The position numbers and the translations under genes were made by a program. 64,000 bases of DNA from Trichoplax adhaerens (taxonomy: Eukaryota > Animalia > Placozoa): assembly GCF_000150275.1 (NCBI RefSeq), contig NW_002060943.1, positions 4,112,008 through 4,176,007 of the forward strand, read 5' to 3'. Below the pieces are notes generated by a model. It saw only the letters and a program-made list of their open reading frames with translations. It was not told the DNA's origin and did no database searches. This document shows positions 23,452 to 37,600 of this stretch, piece by piece (position 1 is the stretch's first letter; each line of letters starts with the position of its first letter).

Positions 23452-26400
23452 CGTAAATGCCAATAGTATTGCTTAATTTATTCCTATGTAAGTGAAGTTA
23501 AGTCCAATAATATTTGATATGCAGATCCAAGCGTACTGTAAATCTAAAGTATACTAGATTGATTAATGATTTGTAGCAGAGTTATCTTCATCACCTTCTT
23601 ATAAATATTTCGGGATGACGAATTTCGTTGATAAGGCTGAGTAGACGGCGCCTTGATGTAATTAATTACTAGCTAGCGATAAGTATTCTTACCAGACAAG
23701 TCTACTAAGTAATAAAGACCTCCCTTTGTTGACCTCTTTATACTCTACCGTTTATACGCCGAATACTACGGTACCGTTATTGCTCCTCTCTCATCTTGCG
23801 TATGATATCTTTATAGATGGATTCTTAAAGCCTCCTTTATCGTTATTTGTTATAGCATTGCTCGAAAATATTAAAAATTGCTTTACTAATATTATTACCG
23901 TTCATAAACGTTTACACAAATATGTACCTGCTGATTACCGTCATCTTTTAACCGGAGAATAGACTCAAACAAATATTGATGGGATTTCAGCTTACGAAAT
24001 TTAATAAAATCAATATTAGTTAAGATACTAGATATCCAAGTGGCTATATAAAATGCACTCGAAGCAATTTATTTGAAAACATACCGTAACATCAGTGGAT
24101 CTATTGCCATTGACATATCCACAGATTCCATTTAAAGTAGCATTGTCATATCGGATAAATTATTCAACGCATTCAATTGCATATCTGATAAATCCCACGA
24201 ATTCTATTATTTGTAGTTATTATTTGTAGAATTTTGTTATTTTCAGATAATAAATTCTAACTCTTTAATCATCCAATCATGCTAGTTTGACGCGGACTAA
24301 CCTGAGCTATGCACCCTAACAGAGGTTACTATAAAAAATAGAAGCAAATTAATTCAGCCATACCGGAACTTACTGATTAGCTACCGGTGTATCTATATAC
24401 ACAGTATACAGTTTCATTCTTGGTTTATCACTTCCTTTTTCGATATATGGTGATTTACGCAAGTTAGATGGACATATACAGTTGATTGTACTAATAGCAT
24501 AACTGAAAAAGAGTGCCGCTAAATTAAGATACTGTCTGCAGCATTTTAAAATTATTCCGTAATCATATCTTTATTAGATCAAATTGTAGCTTTATTCTAT
24601 AGTATACTGGGCGTGTATTACATTTTGATGTCTATACCAATTCACAATAATATCGCGATCGTTTAATGCTGAAACAATAGAATTACGACAAAAATACCAC
24701 TAATTGCTAAATTTCTATAACTAATGAATGCAATTTAATTTTTCAAAAGGTCGATAATTGCTTGATTTAGGCCGCACACTTGGGTTATGGCGCCTACAAC
24801 GTCATTAGCATTAAAGGAATAGTTTAAGACGTCCTTGATTCATTTAGATATATTACGCCGTTGCTTTAATTTCTAGTGTTCATATTTCTTGTTTTCGTAC
24901 CTTTCATATAGTATCAGTGTTAGTTATTTCAATGTTGACATAAGAATTGCCATGATTAGCATGACATTAACAGAGCACATAACTATCCTAACTTACGTAT
25001 TGCATTATACAACAAAAACTAATGTACAACATTTAATATAACCCCATCAAAACATGTTGATAACAAATACAGGCCTAATAAGATTGTTTTATTAGAACTA
25101 ACTTGTGTTTGTTGTCGACGGCAAACATCATCTTCACAACAACATTGACATTTTTAAGTAACCATAATAAAATCGATTAATAATTATAATAATGAACAAG
25201 AATGCACGAGCTTGCCTTCGTCATAGTACGGCAAAATCTAATCGTCAAATTTGTTTTTTACTGTATACCTACGGTATATGATCACTACTTTACTGATTTA
25301 ATGTTGAAATTGATCAAATGATAATTATCGTCCTTCAAACACAATAATTGTTAGTATCGGACACAGAGTTTTATTAGGTAAACAGAACAAGATTTATGAT
25401 GTCGCTAGCAATTTATCATTTATTATCAATTTTATCATTTTATTCCTTTACATGAAGCGCCCGACATAGATAATATTTCAAAGAGCCGAATATGGATTTA
25501 TGAAATCATCAGTCTAATATGAGATAACCTTCTTTTGTCTGGCCGAAACTCTTTTTGATAAAGTAACAAAGTATTAAATATATTCGCCGAATAGTTATTT
25601 TTTCAATTTGATCCAACTAGAATGCCAATTATTGAAGAAATGCCTAAGTGGGAAACTGTTGTTGATAGAGATTAAATCAATATCTAATTTCGAATTTTGA
25701 GTCATTGCGCTTCTTAATGGATATTGTATACTATAGAACGAGATTTGATTTCGTTCCATTTTGGCTTATTCTCTCCAATGGACGTATATACTCATGAATG
25801 GAAATATCGATATAGTAAGTTATCATCTATGATATCTTATGCTGAGATAAACTAGCAGACGTAGTACAGCAATTTAAAAACGGTTATTAAATTGGTAACA
25901 TTATTTATGAATGGCATGTCGTGATTACTGTAGGTAAACGGTAGCTAGCAAAACAAGAAACTGTGATTGATTCGAAAGTAAACAATAGCTAGCGATAGCA
26001 TTAAATAATAATACTGCTGTTCATGCCATAATCAGAAGATTATAGAAAATATAAGGAACCATGCTATTTACCGGATACGTCAGTGATCCCCATTATAAAG
26101 TAGTTAGTCGAGGTAAATTATAATGACGATAGAATTAAAATATTATTGTATTTTTAGTTTACTCATTCTATCCCATCGATAACATGAATGTAATTACACG
26201 GTTATTTATTTATTCGTAATAATTAATTTATAGTTTTAAATCAAACATTCTAAGGCATACGATCAAGTTAAACAATACCACATCAGCGATTCTACTGACG
26301 TCCATCCTGATACAGTAATGAAAAATGTGACGATTTGAATTTTACATTTTAAGATTAAAACTGAGGCATTTTATTTTCTTTTCAATTACTGTACATTAAT

Positions 26401-28949
26401 AAGGTAATAGTTCAGTTTTATGACTTCTATTTACTTTGTATTAGAGGATTGATCACCTAATTCGCAGTGTTACATAAAATCCTATGCTTTTACCGTGTAA
26501 TTCTGAAAGAAAGTTTGAAAGTTCTATAGTATAAAAAGGTAGAAACATTAACTTTTCTATGTTGAAATACTTGATTGCAATTCTCAATTACATTACTGTA
26601 CTATAGAAAGATAAATGACCTGTCGTGGATTAATATCGTACAATCCAATTTTTTATCAAATTTTTTGCATGAGAAGACTTAGAATTGTTTGGCATTCATT
26701 GGGAAATCTTGGAAAATATTAAATTCATAAATTGTCAACGATATTTTATACTTTTCTTTCATATCACTATAGTTGAACTAAGGTTTGACTCATTAATGTA
26801 CGAATAAGATCTAATTAAAAACGTCAACAATGTTATGGCTATTATAAGACGAGCTTTCATTTATGTACCGATATGTGTAAAGTTGACTTAAAACCAGCTC
26901 GAAGCACACAGTGTTTATTGTCACTGCTGATACTTTTGTTAACTTAATACGAGGTCGTGAGGCATTCTATATTTCCAAATTGACAGTTTCAATATCTAAA
27001 CTATTAATGTATGACTGCAACTTCTGAGTTTATTGTTTATATTCATAATTAATACGTTTTCGATCATAATATAATAGTATATGACTAATAAATATAGTTC
27101 TTTTACAGCCTACAGTACAATATGTGGTGTGTTCTATATTTATTTTGAAATTATAATCCCGATTGTCAAGATCATAAGACTGATACCTGTATACAGCTAT
27201 ATTAATATTGCCTTGATTGTGCCAGTATCAGCCGTAAATGATATAATGTACTATAGTGTAATAAATTGTTACGGGAGCATAAATTTCAATGCTTCAACAC
27301 GGTATACTGACAGTAAAAAAATGAGATAAAATATTGTATTTCAAGGTCGCAGCAATGCCGTATGAATGAAATTAAAATATTATACTATAAAATATAAGGT
27401 AGGCCTAAAATATTTTAAGATTTGTTACCGTTTTGCTGTTGATTTTAAGTGCTGATTACCTCTCTAAGAATAACAATTACGAACTACTGAATAGTGCTAA
27501 AGATGCATACGCTGGGTAATTTTATTTCACGAAAAAGACTAATAAAGGGCTCATTAGAAGGTCATACTGCTCCTTAGAATAGATTGAATGATAATTTCTA
27601 TTCTAAAATTCAATTTAATCGAAAGAGCTTCATACAGTACTCTACATTTTGGAGTTAATTGAACAACTATGTTGACGATTATTGGCTTTGGATGGATATT
27701 ATGAAGATTATAATAGCTATCCACATCTTCGTAGTCCTTTCAGTGGAAAGTTTGAATTATCCTTTAATAGTACTAGGTTATTATGATTTATAGAAATATA
27801 CACTGATTTAATTCAGGTTCCTGAAGTGAAATTTTTACTTGATTGTTCGATTCTTGTATCGCTGTGATTTAACCTTGATTAGACAAAGAGAGTGATTACT
27901 CACACCGCAGTATACGCTATCAATATTGCTTACGTTGTTTAATAATAGTGTGAAGTTAGTATACATTTTACCATAAAAGTATCTGTACGATTTCTACTGG
28001 GAATTTCACAACCTTACAAATCTGAAAGAAAAGAAACTGCTACTTAGAATTTCTTTAGACTTTAGATCTTTGGTTAAGAACGTAGGTTGTATTTCAACGT
28101 GAAGTACTATATATATAGACATGTAAACTTTCATGAAGTAATGATTTTAGAATATCTATTATCAAAATATCATAAAGGGTAAATATTGGAGTGTTGTCGA
28201 AATGAATTTAACCTATGACACGATTTCAATTCCACGCTGGGATATGTATGATGATTGCACAACTCACAACTCACTAACTGGTTATGTTTACAAGCCATCA
28301 ATGTTGCATTAAAATAAAACTGATCATGAGCTTGGATTCACCCATTCTAAGTAAGCCACGTATGGGATTCCCATAATTTATGTCAAGATCTATTTGTGTC
28401 ATAACTCATGAATTATTATGGCCTAATATAGAACACTAATATCACAATGTTGTGGATTAAATTTGGGTCGTGCGTCCTATACGGTGGGATCAATGCCCCT
28501 AGGTAAGACTGGGATAAGCATTTTCTGCATCCTCTCTTTCTTTTAGGGTCTCTAGAGTTCACTATACATTATCACCGCGTAATCACGATTATAAGGACTT
28601 CCCTCTATGCAGTCACAGGCCACTTTTTTTAGGGATTCCGTGCTGTACTTGGCGTATTTACGGTGTCTATCAACGAAATTTGATTCCTGCTAGAAGCATG
28701 CTTCTATATATTACATTATTCATTCTTTGCATAATCTTGACATCATCCAGACAGCAGAGGCTAGTGACAAGGCACAGATTGATTCAGACTTACATGAAAT
28801 GACGATTGGTAAACTACAATTATCATATAGTACATGAGGCTTCGTGAAATTAAAGCTTGATATCGTAAAATTTAAATTATCCGCACATAGGAACAATCAT
28901 GGTCTTTATTGCATTATTTACGTCCGCTTACTTAGGTATTCAACAGGTA

Positions 28950-28999
28950 NNNNNNNNNNNNNNNNNNNNNNNNNNNNNNNNNNNNNNNNNNNNNNNNNN
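28950..28999. other. Assembly gap (50 N)
   Basis: Run of n characters. Confidence 1.
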
Positions 29000-30112
29000 T
29001 GAATGAAGTGTTGCACTGGTGCCATGTTTTACCTACTCACAACTAATATGAATCATTCCATGTATGGAAACGTCTCTGTTCATTGTATTACTGTGCAATA
29101 CTGTATATTAAGTTTATATATGGACAGGAAAATACTTTACCGTGGCAAGCAATTCAGCTAGGATAGCTATATAAGGTATTAGAGGGTTGATTTTACGTAA
29201 GCGTTTCAATTTTTAGATTAGGACACACAAATAGGCAGCTTCACTTTCAGTGAAATACGTTTGGATTGCACGCTTGTGATAATCACGTAGCACTAAAAGG
29301 TGGAAGATAGAGCATAATTTATCACGTATGTTGGTTAATATGCTTTTAAGTTAGTATTGATCGCACTTGGTTTTTAAATAATCAGATAGGTGTCGTTTTG
29401 CTGATATAATAAGGATCATAATTGCTATTATTGATTATTGGATACAGTCTAATGGTATAAAACAAACTTTTAATGTAGATGAGCTAGTACCTGTAATGAA
29501 ATTCAGTTGAGTAGATCAGTCGCAGAAAGGACAGACATGTTAATTTATTGCTTCTAATAGTAAACAATGAAGTATTCCATTTACCTCATAAGCACGGTTC
29601 GTGTAGTATATTGAAGGTTGCAATCATATATCAGTAGTAAAGTACCTTATAACGAAATCGTCTTTGTAAACTTGTATAACGTGTATACCTTATAAAGTAG
29701 AATGTTTTAAAAAATAATAATGGTGATAGAGTTGTTAGCATATATATATATACTGTTGAAACTTTTATGATACCATAGAATCAGTTTAATGATTCTTGAA
29801 GTAAACAATAGTAAATATTTTGGATATGCTTATTTCTTTAGTCATTATTAAAGTAAATCCTTCAAGGTTAGCAATCGATTGATATAGTTTTTAATGCCCA
29901 CACAATTTAACGTTGGTCTAGAAGTGTCGTGAGAGGAAATTGCTGATTGAAAATGCGAAGGAGTAAATATTTTATAAATGACGGTAAGTTGAGTAGACGG
30001 TTCTCTAAGTGGAGGCTGCCCTTTACTGTTTACAGTCGCATGATGAATCTGTTTCAATAGTAATGGAGTTGATAAAAAAAGGCAATTCGATTAATTCATA
30101 ATTATTTTGAAG

Positions 30113-32384
30113 GTCCTAGATCTGAATTCTTCGATACTAAAGTAAACCCGTTCGAGGAAGTATTTGAGAAAGAAAGACTCAGTGATAGGGAATGTGAACT
30201 TGATTCGGTTCAGCTGTCACCTAAACCATTCGATCAGAATGATTCAAGGATAAAGAAGCACGCCAAAGCTGGAAAAGTTAAAAAGAAGAAAGAATCGAGA
30301 AAAAATAGAACAGATAAGAAGGTGATTACTTTTTCTTTAAAATGATTATGTCGAATAATGTGAATTTACTTACTTGACATTAGCAATTCATAAGCAAAGT
30401 AGATTGAATTCTAATGATATACTGTATCTATATTATTCAAACAGTGTAAGGGTAGTTCTTTTCTAAGTGCAATAAAAGATACAGTCAATTATACCCATGT
30501 TACCCTAATCCCTGAGCGAAGATTGACGGTTAGTAAATGAATTCGTTATTCGTTTTGGGGTTTCTACAATCTTTGCTATGTAAAATTATATTGTAGTACA
30601 TAGAAACCCTCTTTGTGTACATACTGTATGTATACTGACAATATTAAATACTGATATAATAGCAGAAGCTTTTGCCAATAATCACTACGGGAGCGAAAGC
30701 GTCAGAAGTTATAAAAAGAGGTTAATAAAATGCTATATTGCAAAAGCTGACTAGCTATATTTAATCGATACGACACTGTTATAACTGATATCTGTTACTA
30801 AAATATAAAGGTGAACATATCCAACTGATCTAATCCAGATTTACAACTATCTTTGTAGATAATGAAAATGAAGTTGTCGTCACTTCGAAACCATCCTCTA
30901 TCACGCATGTGAAGGTATTCACCATTGTAACTGTTTTATAGTCCTTTGCAACTTATACTAAGAATTAGTATAAGTCTGACACAGTTGCATACGTATGCTC
31001 TTTTGGATTTTGATGAGTAACCATCATGCATTGTAAATCATAGATTCTTCTGTAGTCTTATTTTGAAGGAAATGATAGCGAATAGGAGTTTTAAATAAGC
31101 ACATTTAGTGTTATCGTAAATGGAATAAGATCTGCTTATCATATAGTAGTAATCTAAAGTTATCTAAGTCGCATTAATTATATAGTAAGGCATGAATTTG
31201 CAAAGTTATGTGTATGGATTGATCTAGGCTATACAACTAATTACAATTTTATTTATATTTAGAATAATTCGGAATTGCAGACAAATCCTCAGTGTAGTAA
31301 ATACTTCAATGATTGGGACAAATTTTCGGCCGATGGTAGTTCAACAAGTATTGTTGATAGTGTAAAATCAGAATCTGATGAAACACTAATGAAAAATTTC
31401 GGCAAACCGTAAGAAATCATTTTTACTTATTCAGATTATGTTTAATTTGCAATGAATATAGTATACGAGAAGTTGTATGCTTGCATACTTTCACATACAA
31501 AAGCGCTTAAGATTCTTAAAAGCTACCACTTAATACTTTTAATATATGACTTTTATTATTATTATTTTAGAAAGGTCAACATCGATAGTTACGATTGGCT
31601 TGACGAGGTATGATGATGAGGTTCAAGAATTGAATATTTGGCCTGTTTAACTTCTAGTAGCTTACTTTATCTATTACATTTAACAGGATACCTCTGCATT
31701 GGATGCGTGCAATCATGTCTGCTCTACATTTAGAAAAAAATTCACATTGAATTGCACAGGTTAAAAGGCAATTTTCGACAATGTTGTCTGTAATACTTAA
31801 AAATTCACCTTCAGGTTTCTTTTAGGATACTTTGCCAACGTTAGGGAATCTCTATTAAAAGAAAGGAAAAGGTATACATTAATACATAGCATATACTAAT
31901 CAGATGCAATAATTATAGAAAGGCTGAGTAGTTTTTTGACTCTCTTTTAACACGTTAACTAAATCGAAATCGTTGCTAATTCATTTACTCTTTGTAACTT
32001 AGAAACAGTAATAATTAATGATTGTTTTACTTTTAATCAAAAATTTTTATATATATATGATAGTTCTCTAAACAGAGCAATATACAAAAAATCTGAAACG
32101 CACAACTTTACAAAGAATCAGTCGAGTGAAGGTATAGCCGCGTATATAGAATTTTCCATCTGTGAATTCTATAATTTTGTGTATAGTGTATACCCATAGG
32201 TTTACTATTGCTATAAAAGCGATGCCATATTTATAAAATAAGGCATTACTTTATGGGAATGGAAATTTGAGCTCATTTCTTATAACTGATTAATCTTGCT
32301 TTCATAGATTTATTCCAGGAGGTAGATTATACAAGTACTTTATCTCCGCTAGACTCCTTCATCTCAGATGCAGACATGTTCTAG
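30113..32384 (+). CDS. Uncharacterised multi-exon hydrophilic protein (start codon not located)
   Basis: About 10 short GT-AG exons splice without stops: PRSEFFDTKVNPFEEVFEKE...KVKKKKESRK...DWDKFSADG...DSYDWLDEDTSALDACNHVC...DADMF*; no family recognised. Confidence 0.6.
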
Positions 32385-33869
32385 ATGTGGCAATAATGCC
32401 CAGAATAGATATTGTTTTTTGTAAATATACGTATACGTATATCAGACAACTTTCAATTATTTTAATACGGTGTGGCTAATATTCCGTACTTGAAACTGCG
32501 ACTTGCCACGAACTTGAAATTCATTTTCTGTCCTTAATTATATATATATGCTAATATATCTATCTATCTATATATATCACTTTAATATATTATGACACAA
32601 GTTGACTGAGATTGGATAGGAAAAGGCGTACATAGTATCGAGAGACGAATTTGGACCTATCCTTCCTAAAAAGCGTAAGAAATATTGGATCGCAAATTTG
32701 GACTTTTTTTCGAATAATCCTTCCGGATAGTATTTGAAATTTGTTGCAAGCTCTTCCCTATCTTTCACGATCTCAGCGTTTAATCATTGCCTACTATTCG
32801 TTGATTCAATTGGAGACTAGCTGAATGCATGAATAAAAATATCTTTGCGTTTTAATTATGTTTTAGTGGTCGATAGTAGTCTGAGGTAATCGCTTTTACA
32901 TTTATTATGATACTGGGCTGAGTAATTAATTAAGAGCATTTTCTAAATGATTCTGTTGGCTTATCGACTGCAATGAATAATTCAGGAAATAAGCTTAAAG
33001 ATTATGATTTAAATATGAGAACTTGCTGACTAAATATTTAGTAGAGAAGGTTTGATATCCACATGCTGCGTTTGCATACTGTGTTCACTAGTATGGGTGT
33101 ATCGTAAATTAGAATTAGATACGAGTATATGCGTTGCGTTCAAAATCGAACATTTCAATTCTGATATGATACAAGCATTGGCAATTTTTTGGCTAATGTA
33201 TCCTGGTCATGGATTATTTCAAATGAGAGTAATGGACGACATGCGGCTTATACAAAATGATGCGCCCTGGGGTGATAGATTACGGCTGACAACAATAAAG
33301 CAGACAATAATGAAATTCTTGTTGATTTCCGTGTATAATTCTGTAGTTATTTGTTCAATATAACTCTGGCGTAGGTCAGCCCATTGCCGTAGTTCGTATT
33401 TTTACATTACACACGTTGAATATTTGCAGTTCAAAGAGAAGTTATGCCATGATACAGTGCTATGTCGAATATCTGTACCCCACAAGTTTCTACATTTTGT
33501 ACAAAATTGTATTCCATCAATTGATTTATTGACTGCAAAGTTTGAAATGGACACAATGTTAGTCTGTGGTTTTCGCGTAGTGGTTACTGTACAGAGTGCA
33601 ACGCGCGTTACAAGTACTGGATAGGCATGGCGAATGTGTTCAGCAGATGGTAATTGTAAGTTTGGCTGTTGTGCAGTATCCACCATTTGCTGATGGTTAC
33701 TTTGATTTGGCTGTACAGTACTGCATGGACGGCCATTATGATGATATTACGGATCATTCTTGATACACGTGTCGTGCTTTCAACCTGAGTTGCACTACAG
33801 CTGGAACGTGGGCGGAGAATAGTTGCAGTGCATCAGTGTTATGCTGTACACTCAGTGTACGTCCATGTG

Positions 33870-34545
33870 ATTTATAGTACTGTACAGTATTTGTGCTTTC
33901 AACTGGATCAAATCAGGCAAATTGCCTATAAAGTTAATTAACAGTACAGTCAGTTAATAAGATTACTATGATTGTTTTTTTGCGAGGTACACAGCATCGC
34001 AGAGTTTTATTCTACTGTATTTTGGGACTATTTTTTTCTTTTTTTTTCTTCAGAGTGTATTGTAAGCAGTACAGTACAATAGAACAGCACTATACTTGTA
34101 CTGTACTGTACGTACTGTACTCGCCTTTTCATCTAGTGTACAGTACAGTACCGTACAGTACAGTATGCGAATCTGCTGTACTGTACAGTACAGTACAGTA
34201 CAGTACTGGACTTGGTACAGTAAGTTAGCACTCCATGTTTTTTTCTGAACTCTACTAGACCAGACAGTATGAAATCTGCTTAGCGCATATGAAAATGACT
34301 TTCCTGCGAATCTGCTAGACTACAACACTTGCACTGAGTGCCGTGTACACTGCACAGGACGATGCTAAAGCCTTCTTACTTTTATGGCCGCTCTGCACGT
34401 TTTTACACCACCGTGCTGACACTACAGTACTGTACACTGTACACTGTACGGTAGTATCATGTGGTATAGTAGAGTGACTGACCGCTTGAGTCACATACAG
34501 CGGTGTACGTATAGTATACAGTAGTGTAAAGTACTACAGTTTCGG
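33870..34545. promoter_or_regulatory. (TACAG)n/(CTGTA)n array upstream of the Pur-alpha gene
   Basis: Examples: GTACAGTACAGTACCGTACAGTACAG at about 34138-34163 and CTGTACTGTACAGTACAGTACAGTACAGTACTG at about 34176-34208. Confidence 0.55.
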
Positions 34546-34626
34546 CTGCAGGCCTGCAACAGTACGGCAGTTTGTTGGATGAGCACGCGCATACTAAGGT
34601 ATAGTACTTTTTTACGGTCAAGGGAG

Positions 34627-37600
34627 ATGGCGGAGCGGCAAGGAGCTGGAAGTGATTTACAGGCTGAGTCCACTTCGGAATTCAGCGGTAATGAGTATGA
34701 AGGAAATGCGAAAGGTAGGCGAAATATGTTTACAATGAAATAGTCATGGACAAAGATGTATTTTGCAAGTGATTGCTGCTTTCTGAACTTTGGGATGTTT
34801 AGTCAGGAGTTGCAGCTCGACGCCTCAAATGACGATGGCATTTTTAGCTATACTGTATTGTCATGTATTCTCCTCTACTCTACTACTTTGTTGTATGTGG
34901 TATAGTATGCGTAAAGCAGTTCGTGATTGATAATTGCCACACAACATTGAATATTGTACGTTGCATTTATTTGAATATTACATTGAATGATTGCGTGATA
35001 GTTGTTCAATGGGTGATATGATATGTTGTTGCTTAAATGTCCGATTACGGTTTATGCAACTAAAATGTTCGTACGTACTTTGCTATCTTACTATACATCT
35101 TGTAGGTAAAGACGATCTAGCATCCAAAACGTTGCATATCCAAGCTAAACGTTTCTACCTGGATGTCAAACAGAATAGAGGTGGGCGCTTCATTAAAGTC
35201 GCTGAGGTAAGCTAGCATCGTAGGTACACTGGAAAGAGTTACTATATAAACTTCTGCTTTTGGATCAAGTGCAAAATAGTGTCTGATTTTGGAAGAGCCT
35301 ACACTGCTAAGGTTTCTCCTTGATCGATCATACTGTAGTGTACAGTATCATCACTACCAAAGTCTACGCAACCATGATACAGGACTGCAGTAAACGTATA
35401 CAGTGCCCTATTTGATGCTGATTTGACTTTCAGACGGACATTGGCACAACTAATGTACAGTACAGTACTCTACTCTACTCACACCACTGCACGGTATGTT
35501 TCTGCAAGATTTCTCCTTCAAGTTTGTAAACTGACACAAAGTTGGAGAATAAAATTGATTGGCGTATTATCTCCAAAGAGTTTATATTCATTAGTATGAG
35601 TTCTGAATTGGGAATTTGGGTCGTTGGATTGTCGCGGTCTAATATACGCTATTGGAGACATCAAAATTGGCTGAGCAAGGCGCGTTTGAAAGTGACAGTA
35701 GTTCAGGAGAACTTGACGACCTCAGCGCTACTTTGACTACTTTTGCCATTGCCCCCATTTTCCATAGACTGTCTTTGTAGCGTGGTACTGTGCTGTAGAG
35801 TGTACAAGACGCGACCCACTGACCATTCATACCGTATGACCGTTAGTTTACAGTACAGTACTGTACTGCAGTCTTGAGTCTCCTAATCAATAAACGCCGC
35901 CGCGTTCAATATCAGGAGTACTTTGAAGTTGGTAGAAATCGGCCTAATACACCAAGTTTAGCACCGTTACCAATTGTAGTCTATGATCCTATGTACACTA
36001 TTTGAAGGGCCAGTTATTAGCACAGTCATTTCATCATTTTTTGGCGTACTATTTACTTTGGACGTGAGGTTTTACTCCTCGTCCCTGTCTATTCAATGCT
36101 TCAGCGCTACCGTCAAGAGGAAACCGAAAAAAAAACTTCGTGGAAAAGTGGATCGTCAAGTACCGTACATACTATAGATAGAGTACGATAGAAGCGTGTA
36201 GCAAAAGAAGTTTTTCCCCTTACTGCACTCTACACTACAAGTACAGTACAGTACACAGTGAGTGGAGTGCAAGTGCGCAACAGGGTCCAGCGCAGGCCAG
36301 ACCAGCAAGACCTTCAAAGTCTGCACAGTACGGTACGGCACGGTACGGTACGGTACCGGGAAATGATGGGGAGGCGTCAGCGCTCGCTCACTGCTCGTGT
36401 CACGAAAAGCGTCACTGATCGGGGAGGTCATTAGCAAGGTGAGACGCACCCTACTTGGACGCCAAGTCAGAAGGTATACAACACCTTGGACTTGTTTGCT
36501 ACTGCAGTCCCTAGGGGTACAACACTGTCCTCACCAATCAGGATTGCTAATTTGAAATCATGGATTACTGAAGCAATGAGTAGTGGATAGCTTAAGTCAA
36601 CAGTTAAAAGAACAGCAGTGACTTGAAAAATACTCAATCAGTCGTGAGAAATGGATCAGTGTGGAACCCTGGCCATTTCTCTACAAAATCTTGCATCCTT
36701 GATAAAATCAATCCACCCATAACATGGTGACACTGGTGGACGTAGAGGTCACAGAAAAAAACTACTCATCTCTATGCTTATGGGGATATACAGGACAGTA
36801 ATGCGAAAATGACTGCAGTACTGACAGTATTTAACACCATGAAAGTAGACAGTACATAAACGAGCTGGGACAGCTGAATGGGCAACCCGTTAGAAGAACT
36901 GCAATCAATAGGTAAAGTCAGACAAAGCAACGATACTTCACTGACTAGTTGTATTGCTAGGGGTCGATCTCGTCTTTTATTCAGTCAGACGACAACTTGC
37001 TCAGTTAAGGATTCCTAGAATCCTGGTAGATTCTAGGAATCATTGGGTGGGTCGTACAAGACGTCGATAGTTCTGTAAATAATGAATTGGAATGTTTTTG
37101 AGTCGATAGGTCTGTAGATTTCTAGGTGGAGTAAAGTTAAATGATTCATGAATAGAATGTGATGCTAGCTGTGTTAGTATCCAGTCACAAGATATAGTTA
37201 ATAACAAGTCACAAGATATAGTTAATAACAAGTCTTCATACAGTATTGCTAATCATTGGACAGATTAGTTAGTTGCTTACGTTACATCGACTCATCGATA
37301 CAGATGATAGCATCCACGTGCAAAAAATTGGGATAAACTTTACTGCAGTATCAGTTACTACTTGAGGAAATTTGACTATCATTTATGATATAATATTGGT
37401 TACATAATAATGAATTATAATTGATATTACAGGTAGCTTCCAATGGAAGCAGGAGTCAAATAACTTTCGGTATGACTTTGGGTAAAGACATACGAGATCA
37501 GTTGGATGATTTTGCTGATTTCTATGCTTCACTTGGTAAATTTGATATGATCTATATTTCTACCTATTTTGTGAGCTAATGTACAATTGATATTGCTGCC

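Noticed and set aside
27713-27776. Signal-peptide-like frame MDIMKIIIAIHIFVVLSVESL as first exon of the orphan gene
   Set aside because: It could not be spliced in frame to any downstream exon, and hydrophobic frames arise easily in AT-rich DNA
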